Shown here: piece by piece, positions 1 through 10,028 of the stretch
Layout: each line of letters starts with the position of its first letter
Numbering within the stretch: the stretch's first letter is position 1
Assembly: GCA_963977445.1 (NCBI GenBank)
Contig: CAXBPH010000024.1
Span: forward strand, 1-41,478
From: an uncultured bacterium
GTDB lineage: Bacteria; Hydrogenedentota; Hydrogenedentia; Hydrogenedentales; JAEUWI01
Direction of reading: 5' to 3'
DNA length: 41,478 nt
Program-made: the position numbers and the translations under genes
The notes under the pieces: generated by a model
The model's input: the letters and a program-made list of their open reading frames with translations, nothing else
Databases searched by the model: none
Told to the model about the DNA's origin: nothing

Positions 1-2
1 CC

Positions 3-1004
3 AAAACCATAGAAACTCTCATAAGCCCTGGACCAAAGACAGGGGGCTTGCCAGTATCTGAAGATAAAACGGCCCTCCCGAAATTCACGATATCGGCAGA
101 AATTTCCAACAACGAAATTTTACCTGGAGCGCCTCTCTATATATATTTGACGGTTGCCCGAGAGCAAAGCGCCACTCAGGACGGAACGAGGGTGTCGATT
201 TCTACTATGAACGACAATATTCTCTTAGGTATCAATACTACCGATGGAAAGGGCACAAAGAAGAGTCCCAAACCACCGTGGGGCGAACTCGATGGTCTTG
301 GATTTTCCTTGTTTGTACCGCTTAGACAAGGCGAGTCCTACACCAAAACGCTTATCATTCATCGTTGGAATTCCACGGCCCTTCCGCCTGGTGACTATAC
401 GGTGGGGGTGGATGTGTCGGGACTTAGTTACAGGATGGAATCCGAGCGCAATACATGGCACCCGCTGTCGGAGGCGTCTTTTCGTCAGTCATTTCCCCTC
501 CGGATACTTCCGCCAGACCCAGGGCGTGTCGCTGGTATATTCGAAGACAAGCTAATCGAGGCGCTAAGGGCAGATATCCCACGAAAGTCTCGCCATCTTG
601 CGCTGGATACGATTTTATTCGCGCAGGGTCAGGCCGCGTTGTCCACCCGGTTGGACCTCTTGGAGGTCATGGAACAAAATGACAAGCTGCGCTTCGGCTA
701 TGGGCAACGCGAAATTGTTTTTATGCTGTGGCATATCGTCCAGGAGGGCGACGTTCGCACCGCACGCGCATTGGTCGATTTGGCCAAAGGCCCCGTGTTC
801 GGACCCTATCTGGATGGCAAAGCGTATACGGGGAGGGGCGTGTTTCCGATGCTGGGTTGGGCTATCCATGAAATTTATCGTACAGGAAGCCCAGAGGCAA
901 AGGCTCTCACAGAATCATTCCTGAAGCGCATACCCGATAAGCCGGATTTAATCGGGACCACCTTTCGAATGCTGGATGGCATGGTTGTAGATAGAGATTA
1001 CTGA
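3..1004 (+). CDS. Hypothetical protein, probably 5'-truncated by the window edge (beta-rich N-part, helical HEAT-like C-part)
   Basis: ORF 48..1004; the same frame has no stop back to position 3, so the true start probably lies outside the window. Confidence 0.6.
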   Translation, partial: KTIETLISPGPKTGGLPVSEDKTALPKFTISAEISNNEILPGAPLYIYLTVAREQSATQDGTRVSISTMNDNILLGINTTDGKGTKKSPKPPWGELDGLGFSLFVPLRQGESYTKTLIIHRWNSTALPPGDYTVGVDVSGLSYRMESERNTWHPLSEASFRQSFPLRILPPDPGRVAGIFEDKLIEALRADIPRKSRHLALDTILFAQGQAALSTRLDLLEVMEQNDKLRFGYGQREIVFMLWHIVQEGDVRTARALVDLAKGPVFGPYLDGKAYTGRGVFPMLGWAIHEIYRTGSPEAKALTESFLKRIPDKPDLIGTTFRMLDGMVVDRDY

Positions 1005-1143
1005 GACGGGCCCTTCGCCAACGACATGACAGTCACGCCCGTCTACGTAAACGAGGGTGCTGCTCAGTGGCAACTCAATTCAGCGCCTTTTTCTCCAGGC
1101 CGTGGTGCATGAGGGCGAGACGGTCCCAACGCCGAAAATTCTA

Positions 1144-1242
1144 TGTCGCCCCGCTGGGACTCGTATCGTTGTGTGTCGACCAAAACCCAGGACTCGCTAC
1201 GCTCGCCGCTGGGCTACGATTTGTCGCCCACTTCGTGGACTG
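1144..1242. repeat. REP-like palindromic element
   Basis: TGTCGCCCCGCTGGGACT ... CCCAG..CTGGG hairpin ... TGTCGCCCACTTCGTGGACT; two related short palindromes flank a central hairpin in intergenic DNA. Confidence 0.55.
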
Positions 1243-1476
1243 AACAGCCCCGTTGCGGGGGCTTTCCTCTTACCCTCGGCTCTGCCGGTGATTGCTGATT
1301 ATGCTGAGCCATGGTGGCGTGTTAGAGTATTGGAGAAGCAAAAAAAAAGAGAGATTAAGAATCCAGGAGTTAGACTCCTGACCGATGTGACGTATATTGA
1401 GAGCGCTGAAGGTTCCCAATATGAGATGGCTTTTCGCATTGAGAAATCAACACGTCTTTGGTGTGCGTAGTCGTAA

Positions 1477-2850
1477 ATGGGGGAGCCCGTTATGAAGTTT
1501 TTTATTGGTTTGAATGGACGGGGAATTTGTCGGTTGATTGTCCTGTTCATCGCCGTCCTGGTCGGTGGGTGGTTTTCACAAGCACAATTGATGTACGAAG
1601 TACGTAATACCACCCTTGTACGATTTAGCACAAAATTCTCCTTCACAGATAGTGCCAAGGGTGGCGTTCTTTACATCGTAAATAATGGCGAGAAGCTGCA
1701 GAAAGAGGTCTCTTTAGATACCGTTCCAGGAGAATCTCCAGAGGCTATGGGAGCGAGAATAAAGGAAGTACTTTATACGGATTCAGTTGAAAATATCATG
1801 CCCACTCAAGGAGGTGAAAAGCGGATCCTTGATGCAGACTATGAAGAATTAGTCACGCGAATTGGCGCGACGATACTCTATGGTGATCAGGGTGCGATCA
1901 TATTGGGTGGGACAGAAACGGGCTTGGGTATACAGCCACCTGCAGGAAGCCTGAGCGCCTACCTGGACAAGGATGCACAAGCCTATGTCTTTCGCTGGCA
2001 TGAAAAAGCCGATTACGATGATATTCGACTTCGCAGAGTTGGCGGCCAATATGATTTATCAGGAAGAGCGCGGCACTATAGGATGGTTACGGGCCAGCCC
2101 TTCGATTATACCGTTCGGTCAGAAGCTCATCATGAGCGCTACCGATACGTGCCACTTTATGTGGTTGGGTTCCAGAATGGCCTTCCGACGAACGCTTCCT
2201 ATATCCTTCTGGGCCCCAATGAGCAAGTCGATTGCTTTTTTCACCCATTTACCAACGGCATGACGACAAACTGGACCGGTTGGTCGCTGGACGAGCCCAT
2301 AGCGACACATTTTGAAGAGCGGCCCTATACGGATACGTGGGCGGCACCAACGCTAGACTCTGGACGTACTTATCCCTATCGAAGTGCCCAGATAATTCAA
2401 AGTAACGCGCCCGGCACGGTAGGGGGCATGTATCGCTCCTTTATCGCCCAGACGCCAGGCCATGCCTATCGGCCTTCAATACGGTGGCGTGTAATGGAGG
2501 AAGTGGCAGACTTTGCGGGCGAATGGGCCGCTGATGTCATGGTAGGCACCATTGATTTTGACCGCTCCTACGAGCTGGACGAGGCAACGCGTATTCGTCA
2601 GGAAGATTCGTGGAAGCTCTTGGAAGAGAGCGGGTCGCAAATCAGGAAATGGTACGTTGACCACAACACGAACAACACGGGCGAATGGATCGTCAGTGAG
2701 ACCGGCGCAGGCGATAGCAATACCACCCAGAACGATATTCTCTTGGGTGAAGATAAGACAGCCATTTTCATCTGTGTCCGGCTGACGGGCATGAAGCCCA
2801 ATGGCGTTGCCATCGACAGCGTCCGTCTGCTCGATGTGACGGAAAACTAA
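1477..2850 (+). CDS. Hypothetical secreted protein, C-terminal jelly-roll/carbohydrate-binding-like region
   Basis: 457-aa ORF; N-terminal hydrophobic segment ending SQA; C-terminus VAIDSVRLLDV resembles CBM-like jelly-roll ends. Confidence 0.6.
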   Translation: MGEPVMKFFIGLNGRGICRLIVLFIAVLVGGWFSQAQLMYEVRNTTLVRFSTKFSFTDSAKGGVLYIVNNGEKLQKEVSLDTVPGESPEAMGARIKEVLYTDSVENIMPTQGGEKRILDADYEELVTRIGATILYGDQGAIILGGTETGLGIQPPAGSLSAYLDKDAQAYVFRWHEKADYDDIRLRRVGGQYDLSGRARHYRMVTGQPFDYTVRSEAHHERYRYVPLYVVGFQNGLPTNASYILLGPNEQVDCFFHPFTNGMTTNWTGWSLDEPIATHFEERPYTDTWAAPTLDSGRTYPYRSAQIIQSNAPGTVGGMYRSFIAQTPGHAYRPSIRWRVMEEVADFAGEWAADVMVGTIDFDRSYELDEATRIRQEDSWKLLEESGSQIRKWYVDHNTNNTGEWIVSETGAGDSNTTQNDILLGEDKTAIFICVRLTGMKPNGVAIDSVRLLDVTEN

Positions 2851-3118
2851 CGGCGTCGTCTCATTGAATCGACCGCCATAAGCTGGCGTATGGAAAAACT
2901 TCGGGTGGCCGTCCATATTTCGTAACGCTCCTTGGGGGAAACAGGGATGGCCATATTTTTGAGAGGAAGTGAACCATGAAAATGCTAGCTTCAACGTGTG
3001 AATCGTTGTCGCGGGTGAGGGCTTGACGGTTAACACAGATTTCATGGCTGCGTTCACTTCACCCATTGTCCAGAAATTGTGGCACATTGCTCGGTCCTTT
3101 TATTACGACTTCCTGTGT

Positions 3119-6100
3119 CTATCGCCCGGCACCTTTCACGGGTGTGAGGTGGAGGCCCCGTACGTCGGCGAGTTCTTTGTTGAGGGGGCCGTCGGGACGG
3201 AGGAGTATGCGGTTCACACCGGCGCGGAGCGTTAAGGTGCCGCTGGGCTGTTCCGTGAAGCGATCGTAGCCGCCCGTGTCGGGCACTTCGCCGCGGGTCT
3301 GACTGCCTTCGGTTTCGATGAGGTAAAAATCGCCTGCAGATTCGTCATCGGCGGCCAGCGTGACGGTCACGTCGTAGGTGCCCGCGTGGGGCACGTCGAC
3401 CTGCCATTCGACCAGGTCTTCGGCGACAACCCAGGGGGCCAACACGTCGAGGGTGGGGCGGTAGGCCAGACGCTGTCCGAAGACGGTGGCTTTGCTGGCG
3501 GGCAAATGAATTTCACCGTTCTCCTTCGGCGTGAGGGCGACTACGGCGTTGCCCGCGTTACCCACCTGCATCAACTCCTCCGCACGCCAGGGGAGGGTCC
3601 GGTCGGCCGCTTCCTTGCGCACCTGGGCGATAAGGGTTGGCTCGACGGGCGGTGCCACGTTGCCCCAGGCCCGGCGGACGTAGCTGAGCACACTGGCGAG
3701 TTGTTCGTCGTCGTAGACGCCAAAGGAAGGCATGCTGAGATTCCAGGTCTGGTCGTTGACCACCACGGGGCCATAGAGGCCATGGAGGACGACGCGTGCG
3801 ATGCGTTCGGGCGGGCCACTTACCCATTCACTGCCGGCCAGGGGCGGGGCCACACCGGGCACGCCGCCGCCGTGGGGCTGATGGCAGGCGGTGCAGGCCA
3901 TGGCATAGAGTTCCTGACCGGCCAACACGCGGGCCTTCTGGACGTCGGTGAGGGGCGATGCATTCCGGGTGAGGGTGTCGGGAAGTTTGGCGCCGGGCCA
4001 GGTGAATTGATTCAAGGCGCGGAGCACTTTTTCGCGGGTGGCCACATCGGCGTTCCCCATGAGGGCGGTCAGGGTGACGGGCTCTTTTTCCAAGGTGAAG
4101 GGCTGGGGATAGCGGATTTGTGCGAAGGCATGTAGCAGGGCATCGCGTTGTGCCATGCCGTCGGCCGGGGTACCTTCGTAGAGATCGAAAAGGGCGGCAA
4201 CGCGTGCAGGTTCGGCCTCTTCGAGGACACACTGGGCCAGGAGGGAAAGGAAGGTGGGATTGTCTACCTTGCGCGCGGTCCATTCCTGGAGGAATTCGAG
4301 TTCATGGCCCTGCAGGCCCGAAGCCACGGCGGTCATGAACAAGGGACTCGATTCCCCGGCAACGAGATCGGCGAGAGTGGTCCGGGCTTCCGGTGCGTCG
4401 AAGGCACCCAGGCTCAGGGCGAGTTGCAGGCGCACGCCCGCACTGCTATCGGTGCTGTGTTCGAGTAGGTCGGGGAGCAGGGTGGGCTCGCCCTCTGACA
4501 GGCGAATGGCCGCTGCCCGCACCCGTTCATCTGTGCTTTTCAGTGCGATGCTGCAGGTGTCGGGATCCAACGCGTTGAGCCCATCGAGGGTCCAGAGGGC
4601 GTGAAGTTGCGCGAGGGGGGCGCCCGTTTTTACCAGCTTTTGCAAGAGGGGGATTGTCTTGGGGTCTGCCCCTTCGATGAGGAGACGCTGGGCCGTCAGG
4701 CGATGCCATCCATTCGGGTGGGCGAGGGTTTTAACCCGTTCTTTCGTCGATGCCGTGGACAGTTTGGGAGAGCGGCGGTCGATGGGCTCGTCTTCTGCGA
4801 CGATGCGCCAGATGCGGCCGAGGTCGTTACCCTGACTGAGATCGCGGTCTTCAATCTGCTTGGTGAGCCAGGGCACCATGAAGATGACATGCTCAATGAT
4901 GCCGTGATACATGTCCGCCACATAGAGGGCCCCATCGGGCCCAACGCGGGCATTGACGGGGCGAAAGCGCTCGTCCGTGGACGCCAGAAATTCCTGTTCC
5001 TCCGGATAAAAACGGGTGGCCTGGGGCGCGATACCGTCATCGAGTTTCAAACGTCCGAGCAAATGGCCGCCCGACTCCGGGACGAAGACATTGCGGTGTG
5101 CATCGGCAGGGTATTGGTGCCCATCGTAGAAACAGGTGCCGCTCGCAATCGTGTAGGTGCGCAGGCGGCCATCATCGCGCAGCTCCAGGGCGCCGAGGGT
5201 GACGGCGGGGGTCACACGGATGGGAAAGACTTCCTGGCCCTGGGGCGCGATGTCCACATTCACCCCAAAGGCGTTGCGGTCGATACCGCCCCGTTCAAAA
5301 ACGCGGCGCACGTGGGGGTTGCGCAGCAGGTATTCGGCAGGAATGTAATCGCCAAAGAGCGCCCGGTTTTCGTAGCACGTCATGAAGCGGCCCGTCTCGT
5401 CGAAAGTCACGCCAAACTGACCCCGTTTAACGGTTTCCTCTTCAACCAGTTTGCCGTCCTTCCATTGGTAGCGGGTCGTCCAATCGGCGCAATGAAGCCA
5501 ATTGTCGATGCCATAGCGGAGGCCGTTGGCCGTGTGTTGGGGATTGCCCGCTTTTCCCATTTCGCCCACTTCGGTGCGACGGTCCGCGCGTAGATCGCCA
5601 TCCGTGTCTTCGCAGAACCACAGGGTCGGCGGCTCCTGCAAAAGGATGCCCCCCTTCACAAAGGCAAAGGAGCGCGGCATGACAAGTTCGTCCATGAAGA
5701 CCGTGCTCGTGTCGGCCTTGCCATCTCCATCGGTGTCTTCGAGCACCACAACACGACAAATCGGCGCATCTTCGTCGCTGCCATAGACGTCGCGCATATA
5801 GCCCTGGTATTCCACTACCCAGATGCGCCCATCGGGGTCAAACTCAAAAAAGATGGGGTTGTGCACCAGGGGTTCGGCCGCCACAAGTTCCACCCGATAG
5901 CCCGGCGCAACTTGAAAGGTTTTTTGCTCTTCTTCCGCCGTGAGCACCGGCGCCGGGGGCACTTCGATGCGCTCCAGCAGGGCTTCGCCCTTTTCCCAGT
6001 CTGCCCACCCCGTCAGTGCGGACGGGGGGCGAACGCGGGGCCGATCTTTGGGCACGGCATCCTGCGCCAGGGCACTGCCCGAACCGGTGAGCATCAGGGC

Positions 6101-6151
6101 GGCCAATAGAAGACGATGACGGATGGGGGCGGAAAAGACAGCTATAGTCAC
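3119..6151 (-). CDS. PVC-type membrane-bound dehydrogenase domain / HEAT repeat / cytochrome c protein with C-terminal CBM-like domain
   Basis: Signal peptide; FQVAPGYRVELVAAEPLVHNPI, LEDTDGDGKAD, FRPVNARVGPDGALYVADMY, GRIWRI propeller motifs; HEAT repeats; CTACH heme motif with distal MPSF. Confidence 0.85.
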   Translation of the reverse strand: MTIAVFSAPIRHRLLLAALMLTGSGSALAQDAVPKDRPRVRPPSALTGWADWEKGEALLERIEVPPAPVLTAEEEQKTFQVAPGYRVELVAAEPLVHNPIFFEFDPDGRIWVVEYQGYMRDVYGSDEDAPICRVVVLEDTDGDGKADTSTVFMDELVMPRSFAFVKGGILLQEPPTLWFCEDTDGDLRADRRTEVGEMGKAGNPQHTANGLRYGIDNWLHCADWTTRYQWKDGKLVEEETVKRGQFGVTFDETGRFMTCYENRALFGDYIPAEYLLRNPHVRRVFERGGIDRNAFGVNVDIAPQGQEVFPIRVTPAVTLGALELRDDGRLRTYTIASGTCFYDGHQYPADAHRNVFVPESGGHLLGRLKLDDGIAPQATRFYPEEQEFLASTDERFRPVNARVGPDGALYVADMYHGIIEHVIFMVPWLTKQIEDRDLSQGNDLGRIWRIVAEDEPIDRRSPKLSTASTKERVKTLAHPNGWHRLTAQRLLIEGADPKTIPLLQKLVKTGAPLAQLHALWTLDGLNALDPDTCSIALKSTDERVRAAAIRLSEGEPTLLPDLLEHSTDSSAGVRLQLALSLGAFDAPEARTTLADLVAGESSPLFMTAVASGLQGHELEFLQEWTARKVDNPTFLSLLAQCVLEEAEPARVAALFDLYEGTPADGMAQRDALLHAFAQIRYPQPFTLEKEPVTLTALMGNADVATREKVLRALNQFTWPGAKLPDTLTRNASPLTDVQKARVLAGQELYAMACTACHQPHGGGVPGVAPPLAGSEWVSGPPERIARVVLHGLYGPVVVNDQTWNLSMPSFGVYDDEQLASVLSYVRRAWGNVAPPVEPTLIAQVRKEAADRTLPWRAEELMQVGNAGNAVVALTPKENGEIHLPASKATVFGQRLAYRPTLDVLAPWVVAEDLVEWQVDVPHAGTYDVTVTLAADDESAGDFYLIETEGSQTRGEVPDTGGYDRFTEQPSGTLTLRAGVNRILLRPDGPLNKELADVRGLHLTPVKGAGR

Positions 6152-6190
6152 AGTGTGTTCCTCGCAGAGCGTATGGGAAAAGGATTGGGG

Positions 6191-7642
6191 CTATTTCGAC
6201 AACCGATCGAGGATATTCTTCGTGATACGTTCCACCTCGGGGTCGCCACCACGGAGGCCATGGGCCCAATCCGTCGTGCCCGACGTAAAGACCGTGCCGC
6301 CCTGAGGTTTGGTGTAGACGCCGAGACACGCGGCCCCGGTGCGGCCCTTCTCCCATTTCTCATACCACTCACTGTCGCCCGGATGCCACCGTGCAGGCGC
6401 GGTGCTGAGCACGGTAAAGGTCTCGGGCGTTCCGTCGCGGTAGGTCGGCGTGGGGAGGCCATCATTCCACTCAAGTTCGCAGCCATCGCACTCATAGCCG
6501 ACGATGGTGTTTTTCCCGCCGAAGCTATCGTCCCGTTTCAGGTCAGTGCCTTCAAAGATCCAGTGGTCGGGCCGGTGCACCGTGAAGGCACCGCTGCCAT
6601 CCATGAATTGGTCGTGGCTCTTGTGAAAACCACCCCACAAAAAGCCGACGCCCGTGAGTTCGTTCTCCGGGCGCTTCACCAGGTGGTGGCTCCACAGCGA
6701 CGTGAGCAAGGTGTAGTCTCCCGTAGCGAAGACGGGGTCTTTGAAATAGTTTTCCTTCCAACAGACCAGCGCGCGACCTTCATCTTCGCTACGCACCTGC
6801 CAGCAGCAGGTGTTGCCACTGAAGAAGGCCACATTGCCGCCACCGGCGATAAAGGCCTCCAGGTTGTCCCGCATGGGGGTGGACCAATACTCATCGTGGC
6901 CCACGCTCAATACCAGCCGGTAATTCTCCAGCAGTTCCGGACGAAATTCCAGGTCGGAATTTACGGCATAATCGAGTTCTATGGCATTGCGCTCGGCCCA
7001 TTGAATAAAGGGATGCTCCCAGTTGGCGAACTGGCTCGACGGGGGGCGGTCGAAGGACACCCGGTTGCCCTGGAGGCCCGCCCGCCCGTTGTAGGCATAG
7101 AGGCTGGAGCCGCCCCAGTTGTTGTAGGCATTGTAGGTGTTGGTCGTTAGCTGGAGAAGAATCTTCGAGTTCTTACCGGGCTCGGCGGCGCGGACGACAA
7201 AGAAACAACTCGACGTGGCGGTACGTTGGCCCCGTTGGACAAAACGACCGCCCCCATCGGCTGCCCGCAAGGTGACCTGATAATAGCCACTGCGCCATTC
7301 CGCAGGGATGGCCACGCGGACCGATTCCGGCCACCCACATCCGTGGGACGACGCCTTCTCCGGCACCGGGAGATTCTGCCCGGGAATGCCCTTCTGGCTC
7401 CACACCGATTCCGCGGTCTCGCCGAGTCGGGTAATCTCCGCTTCAAAGGTTGCCGCTCCCGTCGAGACATGGAGGGTCACCTCCTCGCCGGCCACGACAC
7501 TGAGTTGTCCCGCGTAGCCTTCGATAAACAGGGGGGCTGCCCCATCGGCCATCGCTGTAGAGGAAAAAACGCCCGCCACGAGCGTTGCGCACAGCATGGC
7601 GAGTGCCATGGGAAAGCGGAATAGGGAGGACCATTGCTTCAT
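6191..7642 (-). CDS. Secreted N,N-dimethylformamidase beta-subunit family domain protein (DUF6605-like)
   Basis: TNTYNAYNNWGGSSLY, VSFDRP, LSVGHDEYWS, FFSGNTCCWQVR, VGYECDG motifs; ATG at 7642 after GGAG, followed by a signal peptide. Confidence 0.8.
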   Translation of the reverse strand: MKQWSSLFRFPMALAMLCATLVAGVFSSTAMADGAAPLFIEGYAGQLSVVAGEEVTLHVSTGAATFEAEITRLGETAESVWSQKGIPGQNLPVPEKASSHGCGWPESVRVAIPAEWRSGYYQVTLRAADGGGRFVQRGQRTATSSCFFVVRAAEPGKNSKILLQLTTNTYNAYNNWGGSSLYAYNGRAGLQGNRVSFDRPPSSQFANWEHPFIQWAERNAIELDYAVNSDLEFRPELLENYRLVLSVGHDEYWSTPMRDNLEAFIAGGGNVAFFSGNTCCWQVRSEDEGRALVCWKENYFKDPVFATGDYTLLTSLWSHHLVKRPENELTGVGFLWGGFHKSHDQFMDGSGAFTVHRPDHWIFEGTDLKRDDSFGGKNTIVGYECDGCELEWNDGLPTPTYRDGTPETFTVLSTAPARWHPGDSEWYEKWEKGRTGAACLGVYTKPQGGTVFTSGTTDWAHGLRGGDPEVERITKNILDRLSK

Positions 7643-7852
7643 AGGGTGTTGCTCCAGTTTTGTGCATGAAGGCACCGACGGGGCGTCCCGTAGTTGGTCA
7701 CCCAATCGTGTTCCCGGCGTAAGCCTGCCTCAGCATTACACCGCCGCCTTCTCTCCGACATTCGTTAAATGATAGTAGAGGCTATGAGGCGATAGCATTT
7801 CAAGGAGCGAGTGATATTTGTTCGGTGACGCTTTAGATTGCACCGGGGGAGC

Positions 7853-7930
7853 TTCGGTACAGTCACCCCCGATGACGTCATTGTTTCACTGACGTGCGGA
7901 TGCGTTGTTTCATACGGGGGATACTGTCCC
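7853..7930. repeat. 78-bp palindromic repeat, copy 1
   Basis: 72/78 identical to 9589..9666; ends GGTACAGTCACCCCCG...CGGGGGATACTGTCCC form an imperfect inverted repeat. Confidence 0.85.
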
Positions 7931-8025
7931 TGTCGTGCGATGGCTTTTACTGGTACAGAGAGCCAGCCCATGCCCCATCTTGGCGGTGCGCTGTTTCATA
8001 GCGGAGTCAGCCGGGTGCCGCAGGG

Positions 8026-9402
8026 CTATTCTGAATGAACGCCACGCCAGACGATGTCTCCGTGGACAAAATTATGCTGGCCACCGTCGTCCGTTCCGTT
8101 CCGCCCGACACTGTAGAGCAGAAAGCTATCTCCATTTGGTCTGTAAATAAACGGCATACCGCTGAAGGGGTCCGTAAGGGTGGCTTCTGGAAATTGCTCG
8201 GTAAGCACATCAAGTGTTTCAGGCGGAATGGCAAACTGCTCCAGCGTCAGGCCGAGCTGTAGCAATTGGAGGAGGGCTTCGTGGCGGGCTTGTGAGCCGA
8301 GCGTCGACGGCAAGGATTGCGCGAGCTGCCAGGTATAGGGCGCGAATCCAACGTCCAGCGTTTCATAGTGCTGAAGTGCTTCATAATAGGGGAGAAGGGC
8401 AACGTTCGCGATACGGGTGCCCACTTCGGAAGCATTCGAAAGGTCCCGTTTAATCCAAGGGCGCGCCAGAGGGCTCGAAAACACAAATTGACTGGCTTTT
8501 TGTCGCAATCCCGAGGAGGAAAAGTAAATGGTACGATTCATATTGGAATAACGATCGGCCCAATCGCCCTCCAACAACGTTGCAATATGATTTACATAGG
8601 TGTTCCTGTTTTCCACCAATGTCGGCAGGAGTGGTGCGCGACCTGGATCCTTTTGGACTTCCAAAAAAATTCGCGCTACCTCATTCTCACCCATCATACC
8701 CGGTGGAAAGGCATCCAGAATGGCATGGTAGGTAATCATGGCGCAGCCATATCGCGTGAACTGCGAGATGAGGTTGGGTTCCGGTGCCATGGCCGCAGCA
8801 AACAGGAAGCCTGTCGCTATATCAGCTGCCGCAGCTTCGCCATCACCCGATCGGGCCCGATAGACAATATTCAACGCAAGAAACCTGGCGCTATCCCGTG
8901 CTTCGCGGAGGTGTTCCATGTCCATCGTTTCTGGATAGGGCGGAACGGCGGCCATGGGGCCACCCAGGGCGGAGACCCGCCGAAGTTCGGCCAGAAATTC
9001 TTTATGACCGTTCAGAAAGTTGTCCATACGATCAATGTCTTCGGGAGCCAGCGCTTCCCACGTTTCCGCATCGTGCCAGGTTTGGTAGACGATATCCCAT
9101 TCATCGCCGTTGACTTCATTTTTCTTACGCAGGAAGAAGGACTCCCAGGCGGCGATTGTGTCCAGAGCCGGTTGTAGTTCTGAGCGGGGTAGGCGCAACG
9201 TATCGTCGTCTTTTTCAGAGATTGCCAGGGAAAGTTGGTTGTGGAAAAAGACTTCCGGTGGAACCGTAAGTGTGGCCAGGGTCGCCGCGCTACGCCGGTC
9301 CGTGTCTACGACAAAGAACACCAATCCAATCGAAGTAAAGACAAGGAAGAGCAGCAGTGTCCGTTGAGATCCGAATCGATTTCGTCGCCGATGTTTTCCC
9401 AT
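8026..9402 (-). CDS. Hypothetical membrane-anchored protein with GspG-like C-terminal motif
   Basis: Basic N-terminus plus one TM segment (start MGKHRRR at 9402); C-terminal DPFSGMPFIYR...LLYSVGRNGTDDGG motif. Confidence 0.7.
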   Translation of the reverse strand: MGKHRRRNRFGSQRTLLLFLVFTSIGLVFFVVDTDRRSAATLATLTVPPEVFFHNQLSLAISEKDDDTLRLPRSELQPALDTIAAWESFFLRKKNEVNGDEWDIVYQTWHDAETWEALAPEDIDRMDNFLNGHKEFLAELRRVSALGGPMAAVPPYPETMDMEHLREARDSARFLALNIVYRARSGDGEAAAADIATGFLFAAAMAPEPNLISQFTRYGCAMITYHAILDAFPPGMMGENEVARIFLEVQKDPGRAPLLPTLVENRNTYVNHIATLLEGDWADRYSNMNRTIYFSSSGLRQKASQFVFSSPLARPWIKRDLSNASEVGTRIANVALLPYYEALQHYETLDVGFAPYTWQLAQSLPSTLGSQARHEALLQLLQLGLTLEQFAIPPETLDVLTEQFPEATLTDPFSGMPFIYRPNGDSFLLYSVGRNGTDDGGQHNFVHGDIVWRGVHSE

Positions 9403-9588
9403 AGGTGGCCCCTTCTTGCCCTGTGCCGCGGGCTCTGTGTATAAGGTTCGGGCCCGCCCTATCTCCAAGTATATACATCCACGCCCCGCAATGAACAAAG
9501 GCGGGCTCTGCCTTTTGTGTTCTTTGCGTTCTTTGAGGTTTGATATTTTCCACGCAACCAGGCGGCCCGTGCCCTTGGTGCGCGGGGT

Positions 9589-9666
9589 TTCGGTACAGTC
9601 ACCCCCGCGGACGTCGTTGTTTCACTGACGTGTGGATACGGTGTTTCATACGGGGGATACTGTCCC
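9589..9666. repeat. 78-bp palindromic repeat, copy 2
   Basis: Direct repeat of 7853..7930. Confidence 0.85.
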
Positions 9667-9778
9667 GGCAGGGTGGCGACACGCAGTAGGTTAACTGGAC
9701 GGAATCTGTAACGACTCTATCGTTTTAAGTCGATTCGTCCGTCGCTATTGTATTTGCCGAAAAAACTGGTATAGACAC

Positions 9779-9817
9779 AAAAAAGGCCCAAATCACAGGT
9801 GCTGTGATTTGGGCCTT
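9779..9817 (-). terminator. Intrinsic terminator, original tRNA-His terminator displaced by the integration
   Basis: AAGGCCCAAATCACAG-GTG-CTGTGATTTGGGCCTT hairpin with a U-tract on the minus strand, just past the duplicated tRNA 3' end. Confidence 0.8.
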
Positions 9818-9826
9818 GATTAGTAG

Positions 9827-9877
9827 ATGGTACCTGAGGACAGGATCGAACTGTCGACCTCTGGAACCACAATCCAG
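9827..9877 (-). repeat. Attachment site: 51-bp duplicate of the tRNA-His 3' half
   Basis: Identical to 17441..17491 (anticodon arm through CCA). Confidence 0.95.
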
Positions 9878-9979
9878 ACGGGGCGGTGTCTCCCTGTGTA
9901 TCAGAGTGTACAATAGCCCCGAAAAATAAGGGTGTTAATTCTCCCTTTGTATCCCTTTATCGGCTGTGATAAACTAAAA

Positions 9980-10000
9980 GTGGACTTAATATGGACTTAA
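9980..10000. promoter_or_regulatory. Putative integrase arm-type binding sites (left)
   Basis: GTGGACTTAATATGGACTTAA (TGGACTTAA twice, 11 bp apart), identical to 17362..17382. Confidence 0.7.
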
Positions 10001-10028
10001 GTACGATAAACGCAGAGGGAAATAGGCT

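Noticed and set aside
1057..1470. 137-aa ORF
   Set aside because: Runs through a REP-like palindrome and an A-tract; no RBS or protein motif
3386..7150. Long + strand ORFs (3386..4135, 4601..5593, 6116..7150)
   Set aside because: Antisense shadows of well-supported minus-strand genes in GC-rich DNA
7853..9666. Canonical integron attC cassette
   Set aside because: No RYYYAAC/GTTRRRY core ends, and the nearby integrase is an arm-binding phage type with its own tRNA att sites, not IntI
9827..9877. Second tRNA-His gene
   Set aside because: Only the 3' 51 bp are present (no D-arm or 5' acceptor strand); it is the att duplication
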